Shown: piece by piece, positions 1 to 13,967 of the stretch
Layout: every line of letters begins with the position of its first letter
How positions within the stretch are numbered: position 1 is the stretch's first letter
Assembly (NCBI GenBank): GCA_951406725.2
Contig: OX597842.1
Coordinates: 33,418,001-33,482,000, forward strand
DNA: 64,000 bases
Direction: 5' to 3'
From: Octopus vulgaris
Taxonomy: Eukaryota
Notes under the pieces: generated by a model
What the model was told of the DNA's origin: nothing
The model's input: only the letters and a program-made list of their open reading frames with translations
Database searches by the model: none
Made by a program: the position numbers and the translations under genes

Positions 1-15
1 TAAATATATATATAT

Positions 16-63
<48 letters not shown>

Positions 64-494
64 CATTATAGAGGCGGGTTGAGTGGATAGATGGAAAAGC
101 AGATAGGAAGATACAAAGATGAGTGGATAAGATAAAAAGGAAGAGCGATAGGAAGGGAGAGAAATGGAGGGGAGAGGAAATGTCTGATTGCTAAAGTTTG
201 TCCGTCTTACACAATCTTCAGTCAGAGAGGCAGGGATTTCCTTCCGATAACATGGCGATCTGGAGAGAGAATTAATTCTTAACATACGATGCACAAACTA
301 CGTCTGTAGATACAGTGTCAGACATATGTATGTGGTATGTGTGTGTATGTAGCTGGGGGGAGTATACTCACATGTATGTGTGTACATGCATGTGCGTATG
401 TATATTTTCATGCACGTGTGTATGCACCCGCAGTGAGAATCAAATACGCACACACAAAGGCATATACAGTGTGTGTGTGTGTAGAAAGTGAGAG

Positions 495-524
495 ACAGAG
501 AGAGAGAGAGAGCTAAATAGATGA

Positions 525-601
<77 letters not shown>

Positions 602-654
602 GACAGAGAGAGAGAGATATAGAGATAGATAGATAGATAAAGAGATAGAGATAG

Positions 655-722
<68 letters not shown>
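495..722. repeat. (GA)n/(GATA)n compound microsatellite
   Basis: Direct GATA/GAGA tandem; source of the LSIY ORFs at 298-748. Confidence 0.95.
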
Positions 723-723
<1 letters not shown>

Positions 724-854
724 CAATGATATGTCCAAAAACTGGCACTCAGTAGGTTAAGGCGAGGGTTCCACTTGATCTGATCAACGGAAAAGCCTGG
801 TCATGAAATTATCGTGCAAGAGGCTGACTTATGGACAACCCTGTATGTATATAT

Positions 855-898
<44 letters not shown>

Positions 899-922
899 AT
901 ATATATATATATATATATATAT

Positions 923-1015
923 AATCTGCAACTCAGAGTCTCCCGTTCCGCTCGTCGAACAGTTTAGATTAAACTGTCCCACGAACGGGAACGTGAAACT
1001 CTGAGTACCAGAATT
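923..1015. mobile_element. Fold-back pair of degenerate hammerhead-like motifs (family D) next to (TA)n
   Basis: Arms ACTCAGAGT..CGTTCC..ACAGTTTA and TAAACTGT..GGAACG..ACTCTGAGT are imperfect reverse complements. The plus arm reads CTGT CCCACGA ACG-GGAA-CGT GAAA CTCTGAG TA CCAG. A related copy lies at 47223-47259. Confidence 0.6.
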
Positions 1016-1098
1016 TTTGTGATGTTATTACAGCCTTAATGATAATAAAATGCATGTATGTATATATATATATCTCTCTCTCTCTCTCCCTAAATACA

Positions 1099-1132
<34 letters not shown>

Positions 1133-1211
1133 CATACATACTTATATATATACATACATACTTATATATATACATACATACATACATACATACATACATA
1201 CATACATACAT

Positions 1212-1258
<47 letters not shown>

Positions 1259-1758
1259 GATGATAACGGCGAGCAAGGTATGTAGATACATATATAAATA
1301 GACAGGCAATAGACGAACAGAGACATCCAACTTACATAAACACAAACAGGTATACATATATACATACCCATATAAATTCAAGCATACATACACACTCACG
1401 CACATACATATATGGAGGCTTCATATTATTAAAAATATATTAAAGAGTTATAAATTTTAATATAAGCCTAACAGATATATGTTCCAAAATCCTCATAATT
1501 TCTGTGTGTATATAATATAAAAGGTTCTACTTCATAAAACGTGCTAGCATCAGATAGAGATTGTATATACAATTTTGCTGAATAAAAAAATCTATATTTT
1601 ATACACATACAATGTAGACAGTTTATTATTTGTACATTATGAGCGACGCATTGATTTTTAAAGTCAGTTTATGAGTATCATGTGCTAATTACTTTGGTTT
1701 TTCGCCCTTTTGTGTCTCATATACACGCGCTATTGTTTCAGACACAGAGCAGGTATAT

Positions 1759-1817
<59 letters not shown>

Positions 1818-2015
1818 GCTGTGACTGCATGTAAATACATGTGTGTGTACACTTTCATGCGTATAAACCTAGGCATATCTACATATGTACTTATATATAT
1901 ATGTATATATATATATGTGTATATGTGTATACGTATATATATATATGTGTGTGTATGTATATGTATATATATGTGTGTGAGTAGGTATATATGCATATAT
2001 ACATGCATATATACA

Positions 2016-2096
<81 letters not shown>

Positions 2097-2196
2097 GTAC
2101 ATTTATATATTGACATTTATGAAGACATATACAAACATATACACTTATATATACACATAGATATAAATATGTGTATATACAAACACAGACAACATA

Positions 2197-2228
<32 letters not shown>

Positions 2229-2230
2229 GA

Positions 2231-2266
<36 letters not shown>

Positions 2267-2345
2267 GAGACAGACAGATACATAGAACAACAGAAACCCA
2301 GACACATAATATAGCTATATAAATAGGTATAAACAATTATATATT

Positions 2346-2442
<97 letters not shown>

Positions 2443-2734
2443 GGTTTTATGACTCACAAAGTGAGTATATTACACACACACACGTATACCAATTTATGAA
2501 ACACTAAATTCGCCGAATCTTTTAGCATATTCTTAAAACTGTTCATACACACGCATACATAGATACATGCATACATACTCACGCAAACATATCATTTACA
2601 GAGCAAAATACGTAAATTCAAATTCCTACATTATTGGAGTAAAATAATAAGCCACATGTGTGTGTCTGTGTTTGTGTGAGGGAAAAGCTGGACACGCATA
2701 TATTCGAACAGAGATAACACTGGAAAAAGAATAA

Positions 2735-2876
<142 letters not shown>

Positions 2877-3056
2877 ATATATATATATATGTGCATATAT
2901 ATAGCGATGTGGTTTTTAAAGCCATGTAGAGATTCGCAAGCGCTACAAAATAGACAGATAAATTGCTAAATGTAAAGCAGAAAAAAGGCTTGGAATTGTG
3001 GTTATAGAAGTCAATATACAAATATATATATATATATATATATATACATATGTATG

Positions 3057-3098
<42 letters not shown>

Positions 3099-3825
3099 CA
3101 TACATATGTATATAAATATATATATATATATTTCTGAGAAAGAGACGAGAGAGAGGGGGTAATTTAGAGATGTTTGTGTGCATGCGTATGTGTGCGTATG
3201 AGGCAGTCAGTCTGACAGACAGTGGTACTATTGGCCAAAGATTCGGATAAGAGAGCTTAGTTGTGTTCAAATTGACTGAGAGAGAGAGAGAGAGAGAGCG
3301 AGAGCGAGAGAGAACGAAGGAGTGTGGGAGGGAATGAATGCCGTGGGGAGCGAAAGAGAGAGTAAGGAAGATAAACACATGATTGTATGTGCACTCACAA
3401 ACCGATCACAGCATACACGCGTAAACACATACTTACACACACCGAATGACAGGCATACGGGAACGCCAACAACGCACACGAGATCATACATATATATATA
3501 CATTTTATATATAGGTGTGTGTGTTTGTATACATACACACACACACACACACACACACTTATACGGATATATATAAAGGCACGCATCTAAACACTCGCAC
3601 ACATATTCCTATCAATTTTGATAGGTACTTACGTTAAGTACAGGATTCGCTGACATGTAAGCTAAACACACACACACACACTGATACGCACACGCGCACA
3701 CATATATATATATATATATCAATAAATGTATGTATATATATTTGTGCTGACGATTTTTATACACACACACATTTAATATTGACATACTTATACAAGCTCA
3801 CATACAGGCATATATTCACGTAGTT

Positions 3826-3887
<62 letters not shown>

Positions 3888-4120
3888 TAGTTAGATACAC
3901 AGATACATACATACATACATACATACATAGACAGACAGACAGATTCAGGGATAGATTGTTAGACAGATATACAGACAGACAGATAGGTCGATTGATAGCA
4001 ACACGATGATGATTCGACATATATATACTTGTATATATACATGTATACATATATGTATGTATGTATATATATATGTATAAAGAGAACGGGAGAGAGAGAG
4101 GTACATACATACACAAAGAA

Positions 4121-4171
<51 letters not shown>

Positions 4172-4247
4172 CATGCAAATACATAATAGATAAGTTCAGA
4201 CGTACATAAATATGTAATATATTGCTACAGACAAAAGCAGCTAAAAC

Positions 4248-4284
<37 letters not shown>

Positions 4285-4521
4285 ATACAGAGGCTCATAA
4301 ACGGGCTGACATACAGCCAGACGTACAGACAGACATACAGACAGAAAGGAAAGCTAGTCTGATTGACTTCAATATAAAGCCATCACAGGCACAAAAGGAG
4401 TTGTATTGATATGCACTTACAAGCAACGGATACCAGCAGCTGCAACGCGGTCAGAACGCACTTAGAGCTGCTGTGTAAACACGTGTCTGATACGAGCATC
4501 GAATTACACATATATATATAC

Positions 4522-4570
<49 letters not shown>

Positions 4571-4697
4571 CATATATGTATATATATACATATATGTATA
4601 TATATACATATATATATATACATATATGTATATATATACATATATGTATATATATACATATATGTATATATATACATATATATATACATATATATAC

Positions 4698-4728
<31 letters not shown>

Positions 4729-4953
4729 CATATATATATACATATATATATATGTATATATATATGTATATATATATATATATTTATATATATGTATATA
4801 TGTGAATACACATACAAGTGCGTATATATGATAGTATGTATGTATTATATAATATATGTTTATAGTATATGTAATGTATATTTTTTTGTTATGTATGTGT
4901 ATCTATATGTATATGTTATATATTAATGTATATATATTATATGTAAGTCATCA

Positions 4954-4984
<31 letters not shown>

Positions 4985-5048
4985 ATTAATGTTACATATA
5001 AACATTATATATATATACATAGTATATATGTAGTTATAATATATATAG

Positions 5049-5100
<52 letters not shown>

Positions 5101-5343
5101 ATATAATAATATATATATATATATACATGTAATATAATATATATATGTATGCATATAATATATTTGTATATATATAATATATATAGAATATATATGATAT
5201 TTATACATGTATATGATATACATATAAATATACAATATATATGGTATATATATAATATGTATCATATATACACATATGATATATGAGAGTATATACGGTA
5301 TATATACTGTTTTACTTGCCCGAGTGTCTACTACTATACACAC

Positions 5344-5388
<45 letters not shown>

Positions 5389-5654
5389 GACATAATACAA
5401 CTGTTTCTCTTTACCACACTTACACATGCGAATACATCCATATATACTGTCCCAGCTATTGTCTGTAAACATCTACGGATGTTTACATCTGCATAGTCGT
5501 ATACCAACACATTTATATACGCACACATGCATGTATATATACCGGGAGAAAAGAGAGAGAGGGTGGGAGAAATATACCAACTGACAGATCATTCGAAAAA
5601 GTTATGTATATATATACACACATATATATATGTGTGTGTGTGTATGTATATATG

Positions 5655-5716
<62 letters not shown>

Positions 5717-6089
5717 TTCGTGTTTGGGAGGTCATTCTGCCCAAGTTAACGTTGATAAGCTTGTAAATTTAGATTTGAAAACTGACATTCGGACATGAAT
5801 GATTTTAGTAATTAAAGAAAAAAGAAAGAAGGAGAAAAAAAACTGGATATCGTCTTTTATAATTATTCCCAAAATATATTTTATGTGAAGAGTGATGTGC
5901 GAGGAGCCTCGGAAAAGTTGGTAAGGATCGGATTTAGAACTAAAAGACAGATTCTCTTGAAGAATAATAGAGATATTTATAGATACCGAAATATTTCAAC
6001 CAATATACAATCTCTCTCTCTCGTTCTTTCTCTCTCTCGCATTCGAACACACACACATACACATGTACACATACACATACATACATATA

Positions 6090-6503
6090 GGCGTAGGAGT
6101 GGATGTGTGGTAAGTAGCTTGCTTACGAACCACATGGTTCCGGGTTCAGTCCCACTGCGTGACACCTTGGGCAAGTGTCTTCTACTATAGCCCTGGGCCG
6201 ACCAAAGCCTTGTGAGTGGATTTGGTAGACAGAAACTGAAAGAAGCCCGTCGTATATATGTATATATATGTATGTGCGTGTATGTTTGTGTGTCTGTGTT
6301 TGTCCCCCTAACATCGCTTGACAACCGATGCTGGTGTGTTTATGTCCCCGTCACCTAGCGGTTCAGCAAAAGAGACCGATAGAATAAGTACTGGGCTTAC
6401 AAAAGAATAAGTCCCGGGGTCGAGTTGCTCGACTAAAGGCGATGCTCCAGCATGGCCGCAGTCAAATGACTGAAACAAGTGAAAGAGTAAAAGAGTAAAA
6501 GAG
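6090..6503 (+). mobile_element. Full-length tRNA-derived CORE-type SINE (family A, octopus OR-like)
   Basis: A box TGGATGTGTGG, B box GGTTCAGTCC, CORE-like CACCTTGGGCAAGTGTC, internal TA/TG tract and (AAAAGAGT)n tail; near-identical copies occur throughout the window. Confidence 0.9.
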
Positions 6504-6539
6504 TGTGTGTATGTGTGTGTGTATGTGTGTGTGTGTGAT

Positions 6540-6845
6540 GGACTCTCCCATCGAAGACAACCTGTGAGTGTTCAGCTGTTACCGAACGACCTGCACAAAT
6601 GGTTTGTCTATAGTATTTACAATGTTCGTACCGTTGATTAGCTCTTACTCTTCACCAAATCCACGTTTACCTGAACAGGTGTACAGGTGTGCCACGCCTC
6701 AGGTGTCTAAAATGGTCGCAAAGCAAAGCAAAGCGAGATGTAATGTTTTGTTTAAGAACGCAACGTACACACCCGGTCCAGGATTTGAAAGCATGTCCTC
6801 GTGTTCGTGAATGCCTCACCCTAACCAATAGGCCAAGTACACTCG
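6540..6845 (-). mobile_element. Old degenerate tRNA-derived SINE
   Basis: The minus strand starts with TGGCCTATTGGTTAGGG (A box), then TTCAAATCC (B box) and a decayed CORE-like segment. Its 3' part recurs at 6908-7055. Confidence 0.6.
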
Positions 6846-6863
6846 CCATCTCTCTCTCACTTT

Positions 6864-6895
<32 letters not shown>

Positions 6896-6907
6896 ACACA
6901 CACATAT

Positions 6908-7055
6908 GCCGGACTCTCCCTTCGAAAATGACGTATGAGCGTCCTGGTTTTTGCAGAACGGTTTGCCAAACGATTTGTTTATGTTGATCAAATGTTCGTA
7001 CCGCTCATGATCTCACTCTCTACATCAAATCCACGTTGTATGAACAGGTGCACAA
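6908..7055 (-). mobile_element. 3' fragment of the same old SINE as 6540-6845
   Basis: Shares GGACTCTCCC.TCGAA, AATGTTCGTACCG, CAAATCCACGTT and TGAACAGGTG in the same order. Confidence 0.6.
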
Positions 7056-7063
7056 CTATATAC

Positions 7064-7112
<49 letters not shown>

Positions 7113-7113
<1 letters not shown>

Positions 7114-7320
7114 GGGAAGAATTCACGAAAGAAAAAAAACACAAGACGAAGACAGGTATTGTAGAAAGGAAACAGATGTATTTGTATAACGCTCGGGGAA
7201 TTGAAAACGTCTTTAACATTTCGAGCCGACGCTCTTTTACAGAAAGGGACACAGAAATAAACAAGGAGAGAAACAAGGAGAGAAAAAAATGTGTGTAGTG
7301 GCTACCGATATATCATGGCG
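7113..7320 (-). mobile_element. Short microsatellite-embedded element with hammerhead-like motif (family C)
   Basis: Reverse complement aligns end to end with 62306-62511. Motif at 7211-7246 reads CTTT CTGTAAA A GAGC-GTCG-GCTC GAAA T GTT AAAG. Confidence 0.7.
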
Positions 7321-7383
7321 ATATATACATACATATATACACAGACACATATATCATACATATATATATACGTACATACATGC

Positions 7384-7452
<69 letters not shown>

Positions 7453-7462
7453 GAGCACAAAT

Positions 7463-7509
<47 letters not shown>

Positions 7510-7526
7510 TAGATAGATAGATAGAT

Positions 7527-7576
<50 letters not shown>

Positions 7577-8248
7577 GGACAGATAGATAGATAGATAGAT
7601 AGACAGAAGGGTAGATAGATAGAATGCAGAATATTTATATATATACATATATATAGAATGCAGACACCTGCCTCTGGGTTCAACGGAACACACCGTCCAC
7701 CTGCACCCGCACCACTACCACCACCACCCCCATGCACACACCGCCTCCACTACTTACACAACTCCATAATCCCCAATCTACAACTGATCTTACTAAAGTC
7801 CTTATTCTAATCTGACCTATTTAACCTGTATGACCCTTATTATTTCCAGGGGTCGATTCGGGAGCCAATTATACTGCGTGGATTTCATAACCTATAAACG
7901 GTTCGCGTCCGCCATATATAAGCGTGTGTACGTGTAGGCGTTTGCTTGTGTGTGTTTATGCGTCAGTAGTTGTGTATGTGTGTGTGTGTGTGGTAGTTTG
8001 TTTGTCCTAACGTGTATGTAGGATTTTAATCATATACAATATATAAACACACACAAACACGTGTGTGTGTGATTGTGTGTCAGTATATCCACGTGTACAT
8101 ATATTAGCATAAATGTATGTTTCTATATAATATATGCATATATATATATTGTGTATATATATATATATATGTGTATATATATTTATATCTATGTATGTAT
8201 TGTGTGAGTGTATATATATATATATATATCTAGAGAGAAAGATAAATG

Positions 8249-8290
<42 letters not shown>

Positions 8291-8737
8291 TATATACACA
8301 TATACTGATAAATAGGTTTCTTATAAATATTTATACATGTACACAAACACATGTTACTATGTATAGAATAGAAAGTAGAGAGCTACAGATATATAGACAG
8401 ATGCGTATATATTTATTTATATATACACGGAAAAATTAGATAAATAGTTACCAGGGTAGCAAAAAATCGCACAAGTAAAGGGGCTTTTAAAGGTACAAAC
8501 TTCGGGTTTACGTGGAAATTTTTCTATATAATATATATATACATACATACATATATATATATATATAAATGCAAATATATATATATATATATACATACAT
8601 ACATACATACACGTATGGTTATATATGCAGGATTATGTATGTATGTTAAATATAAACTTATATTGGTGTATATTATAGTGTACAAACGACAAAATGAACA
8701 CAATATTCCTAAGTGCATTCTGTGATATATATATATA

Positions 8738-8973
8738 ATTATTTAATTTTTATGCTCTACAACGACTTAATTCCGAAACGTACGTCCGTATGTAACTTAA
8801 TATTGAATGATTTTCGTCCTTTATTTCTCTTTTACCTGCGTCGTATGGTTTTTAAGAGCTTTGGTTTTACTGGGATCTCCTTTTAAGTAGAAAGAATAGC
8901 CAAAACATTCTGACTGCTATTTCTAAATTCGGTGTGTGGTGAGGCAAATCGTTGCTAAACCCTTAATTACTTA

Positions 8974-8975
<2 letters not shown>
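8738..8975 (+). mobile_element. (TA)n-flanked short element with decayed hammerhead-like motif
   Basis: 8751-8790 reads TATG CTCTACAA CGA-CTTAAT-TCC GAAA CGTACG TC CGTA, with palindromic ACGTACGT and a GUC triplet; the core is decayed. Confidence 0.4.
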
Positions 8976-9026
<51 letters not shown>

Positions 9027-9244
9027 CGCACACGAACACGCATTGTTTCTTGTCCTTGAGGCAAGCAGAAATAAAGCATTTATTAACACTACTACTACTA
9101 CTACTACTGCTACTACTACTATTATTATTATTTTGATTACTATCATGCTATCTTCATTATCGTCGTCTTTATAATTGACATAATTATTTAATCTTTATCT
9201 ACTACTTAATGAGTACTTTTTCTTGTATTTTATTCTTTTTTTTT

Positions 9245-9440
9245 TGTCATTGGTTTCGGTCATTTGACTGCGGCCCTGCTGCAGTACCGCCTTTAATCGA
9301 TCAAATCGAACCCAGGACTTATTATCGTAAGACTAGTACTTGTTCTATCTGTCTCCTTTGCCGAACCGTTAAGTTACGGGGACGTAAACACACCAGCATC
9401 GGTTGTCAAGCGATATTGGGGGACAAAAACAGACACACAA
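9245..9440 (-). mobile_element. SINE family A, 3' half
   Basis: Reverse complement of the family A body (CATTTGACTGCGGCC, CCGAACCG, AAACACACCAGCATCGGTTGTCAAGC). Confidence 0.85.
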
Positions 9441-9619
9441 ATGAACACCCCCACACACACATCCATCTTATCTACTGGCCACCACGCCTAAAATTCAGGC
9501 CATGTTGTAGAAAACATTATTATTAGTAGTAGTATCAGTTCTATTATTATCATCTTTATAGTCCCTGCACTTGCTGCTAAAATTACTAATAAAGTCCACT
9601 CAAACATATAAGTATGTGT

Positions 9620-9743
<124 letters not shown>

Positions 9744-9865
9744 TATTAATGAGTTTGAAAATGAAGAGATTCAATGGATATAGATTATTTTCTTAATAAT
9801 TAACATTACCTACAATTGTTTCACTTCTCACCCAATTTAAATTACAAAGCATATAATAACATATA

Positions 9866-10279
9866 GGCGCAGGAGTGGCTGTGTGGTAAGTAGCTTGATA
9901 ACCAGCCACATGGTTCCTGGTTCAGTCCCACTGCGTGGCATCTTGGGCAAGTGTCTTCTGCTATAGCCCCGGGCCGACCAATGCCTTGTGAGTGGATTTG
10001 GTAGACGGAAAATGAAAGAAGCCTGTCGTATATATGTATATATATGTATATGTATGTGTGTGTTTGTGTGTTTGTGTTTGTCCCACTAGCATTGCTTGAC
10101 AACCGATGCTGGTGTGTTTACGTCCCCGTCACTTAGCGGTTCGGCAAAAGAGACCGATAGAATAAGTACTGGGCTTACAAAAGAATAAGTCCCGGGGTCG
10201 ATTTGCTCGATTAAAGGCGGTGCTCCAGCATGGCCGCAGTCAAATGACTGAAACAAGTAAAAGAGTAAAAGAGTAAAGA
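9866..10279 (+). mobile_element. Full-length SINE family A
   Basis: GGCGCAGGAGTGGCTGTGTGG head, B box, CORE-like block and AAAAGAGT tail. Confidence 0.9.
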
Positions 10280-10525
10280 GATATAATAAGTCTGCATTTT
10301 GAGTATCCTGTGCGGAGGTTCTTCTGGACAAAATGGACATTAGAGAGTTTTGATTTTTGTCAGTTGAAAGTCTCCAACAGACAATATGGTGTAAAACAAA
10401 AGGTGTACAATTGATGGCGTTCGGTGCAAAAACGTTGTCTTTTGGAGTCTAGGAATTTGGTTGTGTATATATTTACATCTTTATACAATGTATGTCAGTC
10501 TGGGAGTGTGTCACTGAATGCATGC

Positions 10526-10593
<68 letters not shown>

Positions 10594-10709
10594 GTATACA
10601 CACATACATTTGAGTATGTATATGTAGAAACACATACAGATATATATATATACACGTATAGTTTCTACTAAATATATCTAATACATACATACATAAAACA
10701 AGCACACAC

Positions 10710-10752
<43 letters not shown>

Positions 10753-10877
10753 TACGTGTCGACGTATGCGTCTGTGTACACGTCTGATATATGTATACAT
10801 ATGTGTATATATATATACATATATATATATATTTATACACACACACATGGTCCTAAGTGTATTTGTCTGTGCATACA

Positions 10878-10913
<36 letters not shown>

Positions 10914-11236
10914 TGTATATATATGTATATATAAAGATATATATATATATATAGGTTATTGTGGTTTAACGCTCTTCCCCCGGGGCCAAAGAAATCTTAA
11001 CTATTTATTATAAATGTACGATGATACCTGAACAGTGCCCAGAGGGTGTTTTTGAGGGGAGGGGGCGACACATTAGCTGAATGAGATACAGGTACGAGAG
11101 AACAGCGTGTGAGGAGGGGAAGGGAGGGAAGGACGAGGAATGTGATGTCTCTGGGTGTAGGGGAGAGGGGAGTTGCTGCTGTAGTTGTTGTTGTTGTTGC
11201 CGATAGCGGCGTCGGTGGTGGGGTTTACTAATACGT

Positions 11237-11283
11237 GGGCGGAGGACTAGAAAATGGCGGCGAACTAGAAAATGGCGGCGAAC
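11237..11283 (+). promoter_or_regulatory. GC box plus two tandem YY1-like sites
   Basis: GGGCGG at 11237 is followed by two exact 18-bp repeats of ACTAGAAAATGGCGGCGA, inside a locally GC/CpG-rich patch. Confidence 0.35.
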
Positions 11284-12333
11284 GGAGATTGGGGAACATA
11301 ATATATAGGACTTAGCGACGTTTATCATGATTATGATAATGGTTGTGATGATGCCGGTGTGGGCAATGATGGTGAAAAACGATGAAAGCGATGATTTTGT
11401 TGATAATGGTGATGGTTGTGGTGACGATGAGGGGCTGCAGCGAAAGAGAGTAGTATGGTGAACTCGATATTGAAAGGACTAAAGTCAGACCCCTTCCTTT
11501 TTGGCCAAGCCGTCATCAACTTCTTCAAGAAGAAAAATAGGGTGGAGAGGGATATGTTACCTTTTAGCAAGTCTATTCAAAGGTGGGTGAATACAGGAAG
11601 AATGGTCAGTGGGAAAGGACCAGTTCTGAGCATACACCCGCGAAAAATTAAAGAAAAGTTCCTGCCATGTTGATCAGGCACCTGTGGCTTTTGTGGGTTT
11701 TCTATACGAGAAACATTGACAAAGGGTTTATTGCTCGAAATATTGTCGTAAAACGTTCTGTTTTGCTTCATGATTCTGTTGTCCTTTTTATACATTGTAT
11801 TTAACTAAAGAGTATCGAGTTTTTTTTACAGCTACATCTTGATGCGATGTTTAGAGTCAATTAATTTCTGTACCAATATTTGAATATTATATTTTATTGG
11901 TCTCCAGGAATGATGAGTGTTACATAGGACATTGAGGCTCGAATGTGACCAATATGTCTCGTAGCGGAATCTCGGTTTACAAATTTAATTCCCGAAATGT
12001 TTATAAACCGAAACTATCCCCTACCATCAGGAAATTCAAGACAAAGCACGGCTAATCCATTCACAAGACTTTGGTCGGCTCGAGGTTATAGGAGAAGGGG
12101 ATCTAGGTTTGTTTTAAAAAGCCCACATCCACACCATGCAGGGCTCTCAGGCTTTCTGGGATGATATATGTAACACATTGTATAATTATAAAATGGGAAA
12201 ATTTTAGCCATTTCTCCGCAGACTGAAAGAATGATGAACGACCTTGATCGATTTTCGAACCTTATTGGGATCTCATCAGAGGCGTCCACACCACTTTGAC
12301 AATATCCAGAGACACAAGCAGCCAAACTGTTTA

Positions 12334-12777
12334 TCTATTATATAAAATCCGTTCTGTCTGTCTTTGTGTGTGTCTTCTAGGATCTCGGGCATCCTCCATC
12401 CGATTGCGCTCAAATTTGATACGTAGATACCGACGGTATCAGGGCGTGTAGAAGTCTTGAAAAAATTACAAAAATTGAATCCAGGTGTGAATGCGATCGA
12501 TAAAGCCGTGGGAAATAGTTTTTCTTTGGAATAGAAAAAAGTCCGTCTTTATTTCTTCTTTTACTGGTGTCTCAAATTCAGGTTAAATCAGTGTTTCTCA
12601 AAGGGGAAGCATTTGGTTTAAATGTTTGACAACTCAGCACCGTCATTTGGACGGGGAGAATTTTGCTCGTATATATATAAAGTGGCAAGATGTACAACAG
12701 TATACAATATTTACCAAAAAGGAAAACTAGAGTTGTCACTAAATGCGACTCGGGTGTTAGAAATACCTTCTTTCTAG
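12334..12777 (+). mobile_element. Helitron-like non-autonomous relic
   Basis: Starts A|TCTATTATATAAAA, then a TCTG/TG microsatellite and CCGATTGCGCTCAAATTTG. Subterminal hairpin GAGTTGTCA-CTAAA-TGCGACTC and a CTAG at 12774-12777; the 3' end is uncertain. Confidence 0.45.
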
Positions 12778-12789
12778 CAATGTAGGTTT

Positions 12790-12992
12790 TCTTTTATTCT
12801 TTCACTTGTTTCAGTCATTCGTCTGCGGCCATGCTGGAGCACCGCCTTTAGTCGAACAAATCGACCCCGGGAATTATTCTTTGTAAGCCTAGTACTGATT
12901 CTGTCGGTATATTTTACCGAACCATTAAGTTACGGGGATGTAAACACACTAGCATCGGATGTCAAGCGATGGTGGGGGGACAAACACAGACA
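12790..12992 (-). mobile_element. SINE family A, 3' half
   Basis: Reverse complement of the family A tail and body, ending at a (TA)n tract. Confidence 0.85.
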
Positions 12993-12997
12993 GAGCA

Positions 12998-13055
<58 letters not shown>

Positions 13056-13058
<3 letters not shown>

Positions 13059-13251
13059 TAAAAACGGTGAGATAACAAAAAAAAAGAAAGAGACCTCAAT
13101 ATTATGTAAATAGAAGAAATTTATCTGTAAAATAATATGTTACAATTACTCAATAGTCAAGATAAAACTCTGAGTTTCGCATGCCGAGGTGGAAATCCTC
13201 AACACCATCTCTTCGGTTATCTGGCCAGAATATTGAATAATTGTCACATAT
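13056..13251 (-). mobile_element. (TA)n-embedded element with type I hammerhead-like motif (family B, copy 1)
   Basis: Minus 13160-13222 reads AGATAA CCGAAGA [helix II] GAAA CTCAGAG TT TTATCT; near-identical to 41379-41550. Confidence 0.7.
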
Positions 13252-13376
13252 ATAAACACATTGTGCGCGTACATACACACATGTATATATATGTATACTC
13301 ATTTATTTATATACATATACACATATATACATACCTGTGGTGCACCTGTGCACTGTATACAATAATTTCATTATAT

Positions 13377-13428
<52 letters not shown>

Positions 13429-13967
13429 GCACATACAAATATACGCATGTATATATACACGCATTTATATACGCATATATATATATGTAGACATATATAC
13501 AAATATTTGTGAATGCATATATATATATATGTGTGTGTGCGTGTGCTTATATGTATATCTGTAGTTACTCCACAGAAAGAAAATGGAAGAGTTACAAGGG
13601 AGGTCGAGGAGGGGAGTTTAAGGTGGCTGGGTGTCAAGGGGTTCTGTTGCGTTGGTTGTGGGCGTTGTGGGGTGGGGGGTAAATTACGAGTTAACATTGG
13701 TTCGACGGTGTCCATTTCGTGTTCGGCAATTAAGGGATTCCCTCCCACCCCCATACACCCACGCCCCCTATAATCACCTGAATGCACTGAGGGACACTTG
13801 AAGATAGCAATAAGGGGGTCACTGGGGGAAGGTGTCTTCATACACATGTGATACCTGATGCGCATGTGTGAGATATTTGTATATGTGTATATGCATATGT
13901 GTGTGTGTTTGTGTGAGAGAGAGAGCTAGTATGTAAAGTGTATCTATATATATATGTATGTATATAC

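Noticed and set aside
745-845. Fragment resembling a recalled octopus interspersed repeat, possibly related to 35120-35320
   Set aside because: Within-window similarity is too weak to define boundaries or a family.
5977-6324. Recurring peptide EDTCPRCHAVGLNPEPCG in many ORFs
   Set aside because: It is the antisense translation of the SINE family A head, repeated because the SINE is repeated.
11455-11673. 72-aa non-repetitive ORF (MVNSILKGLK...)
   Set aside because: No recognisable domain and no clear splice boundaries; cannot be supported without a homology search.
13655-13770. G-rich and C-rich tracts suggesting a hairpin or G-quadruplex
   Set aside because: Complementarity is loose and low-complexity, with no independent support.
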